Shown: positions 36,236 to 48,557 of the stretch, in pieces
Numbering within the stretch: position 1 is the first letter of the stretch
How the letters are laid out: every line of letters starts with the position of its first letter
Assembly (NCBI RefSeq): GCF_011386835.1
Contig: NC_088793.1
Location: forward strand, 206,150,001-206,214,000
Length of the DNA stretch: 64,000 nt
DNA from: Chrysemys picta bellii
Taxonomy: Eukaryota
Reading direction: 5' to 3'
Notes under the pieces: generated by a model
The model's input: the letters and a program-made list of their open reading frames with translations, nothing else
Told to the model about the DNA's origin: nothing
The model's database searches: none
Translations under genes and position numbers: made by a program

Positions 36236-39000
36236 ATAGCTGCTTGTGGTGCCCAAGGACGTCAGCTGAGGAGTCTTGGACCAAGGTGAAACGTCTTGTG
36301 AATGTGTAGCTGGAACTCCATGTAGCTCACCTGCAAACAGCAAGGGGCACCTCTTGAGGTGACGCTGCTGAGGCTGCTTGCGACCCTGCAGAGGGAGCCC
36401 TTACTCCCAGCTGTGCCAGCTGATAACGGGATACAGCCAGAGATCCACTTCGATATTCTCAGAGGACACAGCTCGTACTCATTCTGCTATGGCAGCAGGA
36501 AGTCTAGGTGGCTTTCTGTTCCAGTCTGTTCTCGGAAGATACAATGCCAGGGCTCATCTCACGTCAACCAAAGTCTCCTTTTTTTGCTAGATGCACTGAG
36601 CATTGTTATATGTAATGTTATAGGTTGTAATTTCATGTATATAGTTATGAGGCTGAAAATGTTTTCCTCATGGCTTAGAACAAGTCCAGGCAAAAACGCT
36701 CCAGGAACAGAGGCCCAGGCAAAACTCTCCAAGAGCAAAGAGGTAGTTCACACCTCATCAAGGCGGGTATGGGACAAACCCAGCCCAGCCTCACAGGAAC
36801 AAAGGACGCTGGCCTAGGCAGCAACAAATGATCTGTTGGACTCTCGAGTGAGTCACCCCCCTTCCTTTGGTCAATTTGGGACTGCGGTGAGGTAATGCTC
36901 ACCTGACCCTGAAGGGTGGGGGGCAAAGCCAAGAGGGCAGAAAGGACATGATAAAAGGGAGAGCCGTTTGCCATGCTCTCTCTCTTCCACCTACATCTAC
37001 AGACACCACACCAAGCGACTGAAGTGCTGATCAAAGGGGAGAGCCTGGCTGAAGGGCAACCAGCCAGCCTGGGGTGAGAAGCATCTAAGTTTGTAAGGAT
37101 ACTGAAAGTGTTAAGATCAGCTTAGAATGCGTTTTGCTTTTATTTCATTTGACCAAATCTGACTTCTTGTGCTTTGACTTATCACTTAAAATCTATATTT
37201 TGTAGTTAATAAATTTGTTTGTCTAGTCTACCTGAAGCAGTGGATTTGGTCTGAAGCATGTCAGACTCCCCTTGGGATAACAAGCCTGGTACATATCAAT
37301 TTCTTTGTTAAACTGACGAACTCATATAAGCTTGCAGCATCCAGTGGGTATAACTGGACATTGCAAGATGGAGGTTCCTAGGATTGTGTCTGGGACCGGA
37401 GATATTGGCTAGTGTCATTTGATTGCACAATCCAAACAGCGGCTGGCCAAAAGTGCTCACTCACATAACTGGGAGCAGCTTACACGCCAGAGGCTGTGTG
37501 TGAACAGCCCAGGAGTGGGGGTTCTCACAGCAGAGCAGGGTGAGGCTGGCTCCCAGAGTTGAGGACTGGAGTGACCTAGCAGCTCACTGGTCCAGATAAC
37601 GCCAGGAGAACGTCACAGTGGGTTCTGAGGGCAGGAATGGAACTCCTCTGTATACGTTCTACCGCTCTATCCACCAATTTAGAGACGGAAGCACTCGTGC
37701 GGTATGCAAACCCACATGCCCAGGGAATGTCGGTTTGGGGGATATACTGAATGAAACCAGGTTTGCAGACATCTCAAGTAAAGCATGGCATGTACGTGCA
37801 TGAGGCCATGTGTCCCAAGAGCTGCAGACTCTCACACACTGTTGTTTGCAGAGTGGACGTGAGACTCTCAGCTGTAGAGTCTATATCCTGGAACCTGTCC
37901 ATTGGAAGGTAAGCCATGGCAGACGTGTTGTCAAGGCCCACCCCATGAAATGTATTCTCTGTCGAGGCTGTAAAATTGATTTTTCTATGTCCAGTTTTGG
38001 ACCTAGACCAGAGAACAGACAGCTGATAACAAGAAGGCTGTTCTGGATACGTGACCTCGATCTTCTGGAACTAGCCAATCATCCAGGTAAGGAAATATCT
38101 GAATTCCCAGATGGCGCGGATGGGCCACAACCACCTTCGTGCGCTTTGTGAATCCCCACGCGGCTGAGGCTAGACCAAGGGCAGGACCATATCCTGGAAG
38201 TGCATACTGTGTACTATGAATTGAAAAAAAGCTTCCTGTGGTCCGGCTGTATTGCCACGTGGAAGTTGGTATGCTGCCCTCAACCTGCTGCATGCCTCTC
38301 TCCAGGCAAGGGATAACAGAAGCAAGGGTGGTCATCCTGAACTTCATTTTCTTGACAAATCCGTTGAACACTCTGAAATCCAGAATGGGTCAAAGACCCG
38401 CCTCTCTTTCTGGGAATCCAGAAGCAGCAGGAATAGAAACCTCTCCTTCCGTGCAATTAAGGAACTTCCTCTTGCTCCCAATCATAACAAAGACAGTAGT
38501 CACACTCCCGGAGAGAAAGTCAGCACGGAGAGAAACATCTGGACACCAGTCGAGCCACCAACAGCAGCTGCCTGGATGTCAAAGGAAATCCGAGCAAGAA
38601 ATGCCTCCCAAAGGGCTAGGTGAGAAGATCCCAAGTCTCCCCCAGCTAAGACTCAAAGAGCCATACCTTAGACACCCCTCTCTGCTCCTGGCCCAGCGAC
38701 CCTTGCCTCCAGGATCTCTCCGCCAGGAACTCCCACAGAAATAGTGCAGAAACTAAAATAGCTCTCCGCAAATCTAGCCATGCCATACTTCCTTGGACAA
38801 CAGGGACGCAGGCAGGCGTTTGATAATTCTGTAGATGGGGAGGAGGGGGAGGGGAAGGGGTCCCCATCAGGCCACCAGTCATTTCTGGAAGAGGAAGGAA
38901 AGCCCAGTTCTGAAAAGATGTTCATGTTGAGACAAGCCTTCTATTGAGAGCCTGACCCTGACTCCTCCCTCTTTGCCAATCAGAAGCCAACCCACCTTGG
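36236..39000 (-). mobile_element. DIRS element core (RT, RNase H, YR C-terminus), interrupted by a solo LTR
   Basis: RT: FVKKMKFRMTTLASVIP...IQIFPYLDDWLV (38003-38371); YR: TLVDVR*ALALYL.RT at 36400-36600. Confidence 0.85.
36604..37617 (+). mobile_element. Solo LTR, probably 5'-truncated
   Basis: TATA-like gataaaa (about 36950), aataaa (about 37208), 3' end cgtcaca; no TSD found. Confidence 0.8.
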
Positions 39001-39474
39001 TTTCGCCTGTTGAGGGCTTTGTCCAAGGGTGGAATGGAGGAAACTGGGCAGAGGGGGTGTCTGAGAATTGGGGGCTCATGTTCGTAACACAGGGACACTC
39101 TAGTCACGTACTGTTTGGATTGATGTGCCCTGCGGGAGAGGAGCTGTTTTCATTTCTGCACAGGGAGTGCCATTGTTCTCTCACGGTTGGTTTCTGGTTT
39201 GGGTTGGAAAGGGATTAGATGCACAGAGCGACAGGAACGGAGGCAGGGGGGCGCAAAGGGCGTGAGGGAGGGCAAGGGAGTGAACAGCCAGTTGGCACAG
39301 GGGAGGATTCATTCATTCAAAGGCAACAGGTTTCTCCTGGGTAGCTCTCGGCCCCACCATTCTCCAAGACAGGGAGGGGGGAAAGGCGGTGGCCTAGAAA
39401 CAAAGCGCGTTCCCTGACACACCTGCTCAGGGCGGACTAGACATGGCCCCACACCCAGTGGTGACCTCACCCAC

Positions 39475-39615
39475 CTTGGCAATGACATCCGGGGAGGAGA
39501 TGATGGAGCGGATGAAGTCCGTGGTGGGCTGCGCAGGGCAGTCAGGGATGGGACAGGTGCAGTTCTGAACCAGGTTCTGCTCGATGCAAGTCGTCAGATA
39601 TTTATTCCAGCAGAA
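39475..39615 (-). CDS. CUL9: CUL9 exon 27/36, RING1 (FCWNKYLTT...CTCPIPDC...VIAK)
   Basis: 141 nt, donor AAG|gtgggt. Confidence 0.96.
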
Positions 39616-39923
39616 CTGGGGAGGGGGAACAAGATCAGATCTAGAGAGTACATCTCGTGCCCACCCCAGGGCACAGACCCGCCTGGTGAGCCCCCTCCCT
39701 TCGTCAGGGGCCGGCTCCCAGCTTGACAAACTCAGGAATTTGCCTTGCAGGCGGAGTGGCACCAGAATCATCCCAGTTTTCAGGTGTGGCAACGAGCCCA
39801 GGAAGCCAGGGAAAGAGGGGTGACGGTGTGCCCCTGGGACCCTCCCCTGACAGCTGTGTCCTTCCCCCTGGGAGCAGGGCCCTCCCCTCTGTCATAGACG
39901 CTGCCAGCCCCCAGGCCCCTCAC

Positions 39924-40287
39924 CTTGCAGCAGTAGTGCATGCAGCAGAGGGTGGGAGGGCTGTCGTCCGTGCACAGCTGGCTCACACACACCGGACAGT
40001 GGGTGACGGGACTCGGGGGTGGCTGGGGGTTCTGCACTTGCAGCCCTGAGGAAATCAGCAGCAGCTCGGGGTCCTCAGTGTAGCGCTCGATCAGCAGGTC
40101 CACGTTCCACTTGCAGTGAATGAGCAGATGCTGGGCTCTATCAGCTGAGACACTCAGGGTGTCCAGGACCTGCTTCACCGTCTGGTTCATGAGCACCTGC
40201 ACCTCCTCCTGACTCATGGTGCGCCCCATAGGCAGCAGCAGGGTCTCCATCAGGACCGCCTCCGGACCGACTCCATGGGCATCCAGC
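39924..40287 (-). CDS. CUL9: CUL9 exon 26/36, UBA-like segment and RING1 start (LDAHG...HCPVC...CCMHYCCK)
   Basis: 364 nt, donor AAG|gtgagg. Confidence 0.93.
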
Positions 40288-40370
40288 CTGGCAGAGAGCA
40301 AACGCCCGTCACCCGTCTGGAGAGCTCCCGGTGACGCCCCCCTCCAGCCCCGCCTGAGACGCTCCCCTAC

Positions 40371-40630
40371 CTGAACGGGGAGAACTTGCTGCCCTTGTCC
40401 TGCCCCCTCAGGCACTCTGTGCTACGGAAAATGACCTGGGCCTGGCCCCGGTGAGGTGTCGTGGGCTCCGTGGAGACGTACTCCAGCAGCTGGGGGTTGT
40501 CCTCCTGGCGCCGCACGTAGCCCTGGCTCAGCAGGTGCAGGGTGCAGGACAGCACGTCCGTGCTGCTGCAGCAGAAGCTGAGGAACTTCAGGGCAGGGCC
40601 AGACTCCCATTTCTGACAGGCGTCGATCAC
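40371..40630 (-). CDS. CUL9: CUL9 exon 25/36 (VIDACQKW...SKFSPF)
   Basis: 260 nt, donor AG|gtaggg, the phase-2 donor matching the next exon. Confidence 0.85.
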
Positions 40631-40708
40631 CTGGGGGGGAGAGGGCAGTTACTCTGAGGCTGCCGGGGCGCAGAGCCGCGCGGCCGCTTGCCTGCCAGGC
40701 CCCCGTAC

Positions 40709-40905
40709 CTTGAACACCAGGTTATCGATGTGCAGCTCCTTCTCCCCTTTCAGGATCTGGATGATGAGGCAGCAGATGATGTTCCTCTTCCTCTCCAGGG
40801 TGCTTCCCTCATCATCCTCCACGTTCAGGTACGTCTGCTTGGGGAGCAGCCACAGGCGCTGGCCGGCCGCCCGCGCCAGGGCCGCCTCGTTCAGACGCAG
40901 GACGC
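40709..40905 (-). CDS. CUL9: CUL9 exon 24/36, cullin winged-helix/neddylation region (VLRLNEA...QILKGEKELHIDNLVFK)
   Basis: 197 nt, donor AAG|gtacgg. Confidence 0.95.
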
Positions 40906-40969
40906 CTGGGACCGACACAGCCGCGCTCAGCCGTGCCCAGGGAACGGTTCCTCCAGCACCCCTGGCCCT

Positions 40970-41220
40970 GCTTGGGGACCAGCCCCAGCCCTCCATGGGC
41001 CCTCCCTCCCCTGTACCACCCCCCGGCCCCGCTTGGGGACCAGCCCCAGCCCCTCCATGTGCCCCCCCAACATATCCCACCGCCAAGCCCTGCTTGGGGA
41101 CCAGCCCCAGCCCCTCCACACGCCCTCCCTCCCCACATATCCCACCACCCAGCCCCGCTTGGGGACCAGCCCCTCCACAGCCACCAGCCCAGTTCTCCCT
41201 CCCCCCTGGCCCTGCTTGGA
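40970..41220. repeat. GC-rich minisatellite (cttggggaccagccccagccc, about 60-bp period)
   Basis: Four to five copies in a CUL9 intron. Confidence 0.85.
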
Positions 41221-41437
41221 GACTGGCCCCTCCAGACGCAAACCCCCTTCCAGCTCACAGACATGCCCCGTGCTCCCTGGCACCTGCTCTGGGTCCAGCC
41301 CAGCCCGGCCAACCCTCCACACCCCCACCAGGCCCAGTGCAGGGGCTCCAGGGCTCCATCCCCAGCTGTGGTCCCCCTGTTCAGGGACCACCCAGGGACA
41401 GGGCTCAACCCCCCCTGCCCGGTCCCCCCATACGCAC

Positions 41438-41555
41438 CCCCCTGAGGCAGGCTCTGGGTCAGGATCCCGGCCTCTCCCGTCAGAGGTTTCAGTGCGTGGC
41501 TCAGCAGGACAGGAGACAGCCCCGTGGCCTGGGCCAGGGTCTCCACAGCAACTTC
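41438..41555 (-). CDS. CUL9: CUL9 exon 23/36 ([13 protein letters not shown]...SLPQG)
   Basis: 118 nt, donor G|gtgcgt, phase-compatible with the next exon. Confidence 0.85.
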
Positions 41556-42072
41556 CTGTGACGCAAAGGAGACAGGAAGTGAATACGCAGGGGCAGGGCC
41601 ATGGCGGTGGGGCGACAGCTCTTGGGGCCAGGACAGGCCAACCAGGCCAGGTGTCTTGGGGCCACGGCCCAGGGGCTGGGGCAATGGGGTGAGGTCTCTG
41701 GGGGCCGTGACATGGGGGCGAGGTCACTGGGGGCTGTGGGGGAGGGGCCAGAGAGGGGGGGCTGAGGGGCAAAGGGGAGAGAGAATAACACAGATTCCTC
41801 TGGCACAAGCCACCTGGGGGAAACAGCGGCTGCTTGGCCACAGGGGGGCAGGGACCAGGGCTGTGGAGACGAGAGTCCAAGGGCTCAGGAGGTGGGGGGG
41901 GGGACACACGAGGGAAGGGGGGGGTGTCTGCCCAGGTGGGAGGACAGACCGTCTCTGCCCCATACGGATAAGCTGGGGGGAAGGCGCTCTCTGTGCTGCA
42001 AGGACAGGAGCAGTTGGTGCCCCATTTGCACCAGCTGTGGGATCCCACCCCCCAGGGGAGCGGGGGTCCCAC

Positions 42073-42221
42073 CTGGGCGCTGTTGAAGCCCAGCAGGATG
42101 TACATCTGCAGGGTGGAGACGTGCAGGGTGGTGCTGCCCGCGAACCGGAGCTCCGCGTGGCCCAGCCACGTCCACTGCAGGCGCCGCGGCTTTGTGTGCT
42201 CCAGGCCAAACCGGCTCTGAC
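42073..42221 (-). CDS. CUL9: CUL9 exon 22/36, cullin (QSRFGLEH...[13 protein letters not shown]...FNSAQ)
   Basis: 149 nt; canonical cullin [11 protein letters not shown] motif; donor CAG|gtggga. Confidence 0.96.
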
Positions 42222-42504
42222 CTGCAAGAGACGCGGCCAGTCCCAGCAGAGCCACCAGAGCGCCAGGACCCCGCGGGGCTGGAGCTCACCCCACTGCTCA
42301 ACCTAGCCCCCGTTCCAAACCCTCCCTCTGGTGCCCCCTTTCCAGTCACACGCCCCCTCACCCCCCGGTGCTCCTTCCCCTGTCACACCCCCTCCGGTGC
42401 CCCCTCCCCTGTCACACGCCGCTCCCCGCCACCACCATGGGGCACAGTATCCACCCCCCCAGCCTCTGCCCGGCCCAGTCGCCCCCCCCAGAGCCCAGAC
42501 TCAC

Positions 42505-42676
42505 TGTTGGTGTAGAAGTCAGCGAACCGCGCCAAGTAGCCCCCGAGGGGCCGCGGGAAACACCTGCTGGGATCCTCCAGGTAGCAGAGCGGGGAGATGG
42601 TCCAGCAGCGCGGGGACAGGGCCAGCACCTTCACCTCCGGCTCCTCCTCCGGCTCGGCCGGCTCCTCCTCCATCGC
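42505..42676 (-). CDS. CUL9: CUL9 exon 21/36, cullin (AMEEEPAE...ADFYTN)
   Basis: 172 nt, donor A|gtgagt. Confidence 0.94.
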
Positions 42677-42759
42677 CTGGGGACGGGCGCAGGGGTGCCA
42701 GGGGTCAGGCTCCCGCCAGGGGCTTGTCTTTGGCACCTCCTGGGAAGGGAGGGGGCACC

Positions 42760-43216
42760 GCACAGACCCCGCCCCCCTCCCCAGCCCTCCATGTGCCCCC
42801 CCATGTGCCCGGGGAAGGGAGGGGGCACGGCCCAGACCCCGCCCCCCGGGGGAAGGGAGGGGGCACCGCCCAGACCCCGCCCCCCGGGGGAAGGGAGGGG
42901 GCATGGCTCAGACCCAGACCCCGCCCCCCAGGGGAGGGGAGGGGGTATCGCACAGACCCCGCCCCCCGGGGAAAGGGAGGGGGCACCGCCCAGACCCAGA
43001 CCCCGCCTCCCGGGGGAAGGGAGGGGCCACGGCACAGACCCCACCCTCCTCCCCAGCCCTCCATGTGCCAGGGGAAGACAGGGGGCACCGCCCAGACCCC
43101 GCCCCCTGGGGGAAGAGAGGGGCACAGCCCAGACCCCGCCCCCCGGGGAAGGGAGGGGCACAGCCCAGACCCTGCCCCCAGGGAAGGGAGGGGCTCCGCC
43201 CAGACCCCGCCCCCCA
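42760..43216. repeat. GC-rich minisatellite (cagaccccgccccccgggggaagggagggggcaccgcc, 38-44-bp units, about 10 copies)
   Basis: Fills most of intron 42677-43225. Confidence 0.92.
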
Positions 43217-43225
43217 GGTTCTCAC

Positions 43226-43439
43226 CGCGTCCTCCTGGCCCGCGTCCAGCTCCAGCAGGTGCTTGTCGAGCTGCTGCAGCTGGAAGAGGTGGAACTGCTG
43301 CTGCAGCTCCTCGGACTCGCTCAGGCTCTTCAGCATCTGCTGGGGGAAGCGGTTGGGGAAGCAGAGCCCGATCTGCTCCACGACGGCCCGTTCCAGCCAC
43401 ACGTTCCCCTGGGCCAGGAGCCGGTCGCCCAGGTAATAC
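43226..43439 (-). CDS. CUL9: CUL9 exon 20/36, cullin (YYLGDRLL...GQEDA)
   Basis: 214 nt, donor GCG|gtgaga. Confidence 0.95.
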
Positions 43440-43818
43440 CTGCAACGGCAGCCGGCCTCAGGGCGGGGCCAGAGCCCCCGACTCCCTCCCTGGAGCCACC
43501 CCCAATTCCCGGCCCCTGGGACCCTCCATGCCTTCACTATGGCCTGGAGCAGGGCGTCCCGGCCGGCCGGCAGCTGGTGCTCGCTGTGGGGCCCGGGGCC
43601 GGACCTGACCCAGCCTGTGGGTCCCGTAGTGCCCTGCTGCCCCCCTGCAAGCCACGGCTGGGGACACAGGCTCTGGGCTGGTGGCCGGGGTCCGGCTGGA
43701 CTTTGGGGAGCCCACGGCCCGAGCCGACCCAGAGCCCCCATGACAAGCCAGGCACCAGCACCCGCTGACGTGCCGGGCGGGGGCACAGCTCCCCACGCCC
43801 CCGGCCGGGGTCCCTCAC

Positions 43819-43976
43819 CGGTAGAAGTGCTCGAAGGTGTTGGCGAGCTCCAGGCCGGAGAGGAAGAGGATGGGCTCCAGGCTCCGCTGCAGCCGGTGCA
43901 GCGACTCCACGTTGCCTGCGTCCGTCTGGCTCTCCTGGATCCGCTGGTCCACGTAGCGAGCGAACTGCTCGCTCAC
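43819..43976 (-). CDS. CUL9: CUL9 exon 19/36, cullin (VSEQFARY...FEHFYR)
   Basis: 158 nt, donor CG|gtgagg. Confidence 0.96.
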
Positions 43977-44463
43977 CTGCGGGGCAGAGTGCCAGCTGCC
44001 AGGGCCTGCTCGGGGCGGCTCCCCACGGCGGCTCAGGGGACACCCACATGATGGGGGGGCTCTGGGGGAGGGAACAGTCCTGCAGAGGGGGAGGGGCCAC
44101 TCCCTAGGAGCTGGAGGTGGAATGGGGGAGGGGCTCCGGGGGAGGCGGGGCCGTGGGAGCTGCGTGTCTGGGCGGTGAGCAAGGGGGCGCGAGGGGCCCG
44201 CTCCCTCTCAGGACCCAGGGCTGTTGGAGCAGGAGCAGCGGGGATTAACTGGCAGAGACCCCCACGCACCTGGGACCCCTCAGACCCCGGACGGCAGCCA
44301 GGAGCGTGGCTGGGCAGAGCCGATGCCGGGGGACTCAGCCCCACTGGGGCGCAGGCAGCCTCTAGCCCCACGGGCTGGCACCGGCCGACCAGCCTGGAAG
44401 CGCTGCTGGGCCCCGGGCTCCCTCCCCCCCCCCCACCCCGGGCCAGGCAAGCCCCCGACTCAC

Positions 44464-44646
44464 GTGCATGGCCGTCAGGAAGGAGAGCTGCAGCAGGCCC
44501 CCGGAGAAGCCCTGCCGCAGGGCCAGCGCGAAGGCCGTCTGCTGCCCGAACAGCTCCTCCATGGCACTGCGCAGGCCCAGGTAGAGACGGCAGTACCGCT
44601 CCACGAAGTCCGGCCCCTGCCACCACGACTCCAGGAACCGCTTCAC
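44464..44646 (-). CDS. CUL9: CUL9 exon 18/36, cullin (VKRFLESW...FLTAMH)
   Basis: 183 nt, donor CAC|gtgagt. Confidence 0.95.
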
Positions 44647-45135
44647 CTGGGCAGGGGCAGGCGGCACACGGTTACAGGCGGGCGGCGAGGGCCCCGGGGG
44701 GAGGGCAGTTCTGGGGGGGGGGGGGTACAGGCTGGTCTGGACGCGGGGAGGGGACAGGCTGGGACAGGTGTCTGTGGGGGGCAGGATGGATGGGGGGGCG
44801 GAGGGAGAACGGGACATGATGGGTGGGGGGAGGGCCCTGGGGGGATGGGCTGGCCAGCCTCAGGGGGTACAGGGTGGCCCGGGCGTGGGGGTGGCCCCCA
44901 AGATGGGGAAGGTCTCAGGGGGCCAGGACGGGCCAGGCGTGGGTAGGTCTCTCCGTATCTAGTGTCCCATGGGCCTGGGGCAGGAGCTGCAGAGACAGAG
45001 GTGGATGGGGACCTGCTACCCTCACGCAGGGTGGGGAGGGTGTGGGCAGCATATACACACACAGATCAACAGCCCCCCCCACACACACACCTGCTGCTGC
45101 ACCACGCCCCTCCCCCATCGCCCCCCCGCACACAC

Positions 45136-45251
45136 CTGCTGCTGCACCACGCCCCTCCAGCACTGCGTAATCCCCGTCATGCTGCTGGGCTTCTTCCCCG
45201 ACACCTTGGTGGCCCCAGAGCTGGTCTCCTTGTTCTTCCCGTTCTTCCCGT
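45136..45251 (-). CDS. CUL9: CUL9 exon 17/36 (GKNGKNKE...ITQCWRGVVQQQ); alternative in-frame end at 45091
   Basis: 116 nt, donor CAG|gtgtgt, duplicated 45 nt further into the intron. Confidence 0.88.
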
Positions 45252-45943
45252 CTGCCAAGGGGGGGGGCCGGCATGAGAACAGCGCCCGGGGGGGGCAGCG
45301 CCAGCACTACCCCCTCCCTGACCCCAAAGCCGCCTGTGGGGCGAGGGCTGGGCCCGACCCTCCCAGCCTCCCCGGGGGGGCCCAGTTCAGCCCCACACGG
45401 TCACTGAGTGGGGCGGGGGGTGCAGGGGCAAGCCTGGCGCTCGGGGCGGGTGGGAGCCAGCCAGCCCCAGTCACCCCGGGGCAGCGGAGTAGCCACGCCC
45501 GCCCGGGATCCTGCCCCCTACAAAAGGGCTGGCCTTTGCAGAGGGGCATCTGGCACCTGCCGGCTCTGCCTGTGGGCACCAGCCCCACGGATCTGAGTGC
45601 TGGGCTAGGCCCCCACGTCTCTGTCTCCTAAACCCCGGCCCCAGGGCCTTGAGGAGCAGCCTCTGCTGCGCCAGGCCCAGGGGCTGCCCGCCCGCCCCGC
45701 AAAGCGCTCTCCCACCTCACCCCGCCTGCGGGCATCGGGCACACACAGGGTCGAGCCCAGCTCGGCGCCAGTGCCCGGCTCTGGCAGGACGTGCGAAAGG
45801 CAGCCCGGAGAGTCCTTACCCGTAGGGACCCCTCTCCCCACTCAGCCCCGGGCAGCACGCCAGGGCCTCCTCCCCCAGCCCCACCCGGGGACCCGCCCCA
45901 CTCCCTGCCTGGCCCCAAAGCCCCACGGGGGAGGGGCCCTTAC

Positions 45944-46129
45944 TGGCTTTGACCGGGGCTCTCAGCTCCTCGGGCTCCGGGCTGCCGGGGTCCACGTGCA
46001 CCAGCAGGTGGCTCAGGCGCCGCACGCGGGAGTTGAAGATGGTGGCGCGGCTCTTGGCGCGTCGGGCCGTCTCCAGGTTCTCCAGGTACTCGCTCAGGAG
46101 CCAGGCCAGGGGGCTGACGCCGCTGGGAT
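45944..46129 (-). CDS. CUL9: CUL9 exon 16/36 ([11 protein letters not shown]...APVKA)
   Basis: 186 nt, donor A|gtaagg. Confidence 0.93.
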
Positions 46130-46211
46130 CTGCAAGGCCAGAGGGGGAGGCTGAGCCAGGCGGGCCGGGCGGGCTGGGGGCAGCGGGGAGCCGGGCAGGG
46201 GGAACCGGTAC

Positions 46212-46345
46212 CTGGGCAGGTGATGCTCTGCACCAAGGGATTGATTAGGGCCTCCCAGCAGGTCCTGCCCAGAGCCTGGGCCGCCTCGTCATCGGGAAGG
46301 AAGCGATCGGCGAACACCTGCTCGTGCCGCAGGGCACAGTTCAGC
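46212..46345 (-). CDS. CUL9: CUL9 exon 15/36 (LNCALRHEQ...SITCP)
   Basis: 134 nt, donor G|gtaccg. Confidence 0.94.
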
Positions 46346-46420
46346 CTGCAACAGCAGAGACACCCGCACCAGTCACTGGTGGGGCCCTGGGGCCTTGGCA
46401 GCCCTGGGGGGCAGCTCCTG

Positions 46421-46921
46421 GGTACAGACACACACAGGGCAGGGCACTGCCGGGGGCTCTGTCAGCACTGGGGGGACACCCCGGGTACAGACACACACAG
46501 GGCAGGGCACTGCCGGGGGCTCTGTCAGCACTGGGGGGACACCCCGGGTACAGACACACACAGGGCAGGGCACTGCCGGGGGCTCTGTCAGCGCTGGGGG
46601 ACCCCGGGTACAGACACACACAGGGCAGGGCACTGCCGGGGGCTCTGTCAGCGCTGGGGGGACACCCCGGGTACAGACACACACAGGGCAGGGCACTGCC
46701 GGGGGCTCTGTCAGCGCTGGGGGGACACCCCGGGTACAGACACACACAGGGCAGGGCACTGCCGGGGGCTCTGGCAGCGCTGGGGGGACCCCGGGTACAG
46801 GCACACACAGGGCAGGGCACTGCCGGGGGCTCTGGCAGCGCTGGGGGGACCCCGGGTACAGCCACACAGAGGGCAGGGCACTGCCGGGGGCTCTGTCAGC
46901 GCTGGGGGACCCCGGGTACAG
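46421..46921. repeat. Minisatellite, 8 units of 60-63 bp
   Basis: Unit starts (ggtacag) at 46421, 46484, 46547, 46607, 46670, 46733, 46794, 46855, 46915. Confidence 0.97.
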
Positions 46922-46928
46922 GCCTCAC

Positions 46929-47104
46929 CTGTTGAAGAGCTGCAGCAGCTGCATGCGCTCGTCCGCGATCTCCTGGCACCACGTGTGCGCCTGGGTGGTG
47001 TAGAACAGGTACGTGCGCCGGCACAGCTGCTCCTTGAAGATCGGCCAGAAGGTGGGCTTGGGCCCCAGGATCTCGATGCCACGCACACGCGTGTCAATGC
47101 CACC
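46929..47104 (-). CDS. CUL9: CUL9 exon 14/36 ([15 protein letters not shown]...QLFNR)
   Basis: 176 nt, donor AG|gtgagg. Confidence 0.96.
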
Positions 47105-47259
47105 CTGCACAGGGCACAAACCTCCCCGGTTAGACACGGGCCCGCCAGGCCGAGCGACTCCCCGCGGGACGCCCCGGGCCAGGCCTCTCGCTGCCCGTGG
47201 AGGCCCTGCGGGGGGCGAGGGAGGCCAGGGACCGGCTCGGCCGCACACAGGGACGGGGG

Positions 47260-48557
<1,298 letters not shown>

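Noticed and set aside
40688-43768. Long Pro/Gly-rich ORFs (40688-41692, 40927-42255, 42331-43608, 42368-43768)
   Set aside because: They arise from stop-poor GC minisatellites and from overlap with CUL9 exons; no domain content beyond the CUL9 segments
46421-46921. CRISPR-like array (also considered for 58268-58506)
   Set aside because: Units are contiguous repeats with no unique spacers, there are no cas genes, and the context is a eukaryotic intron
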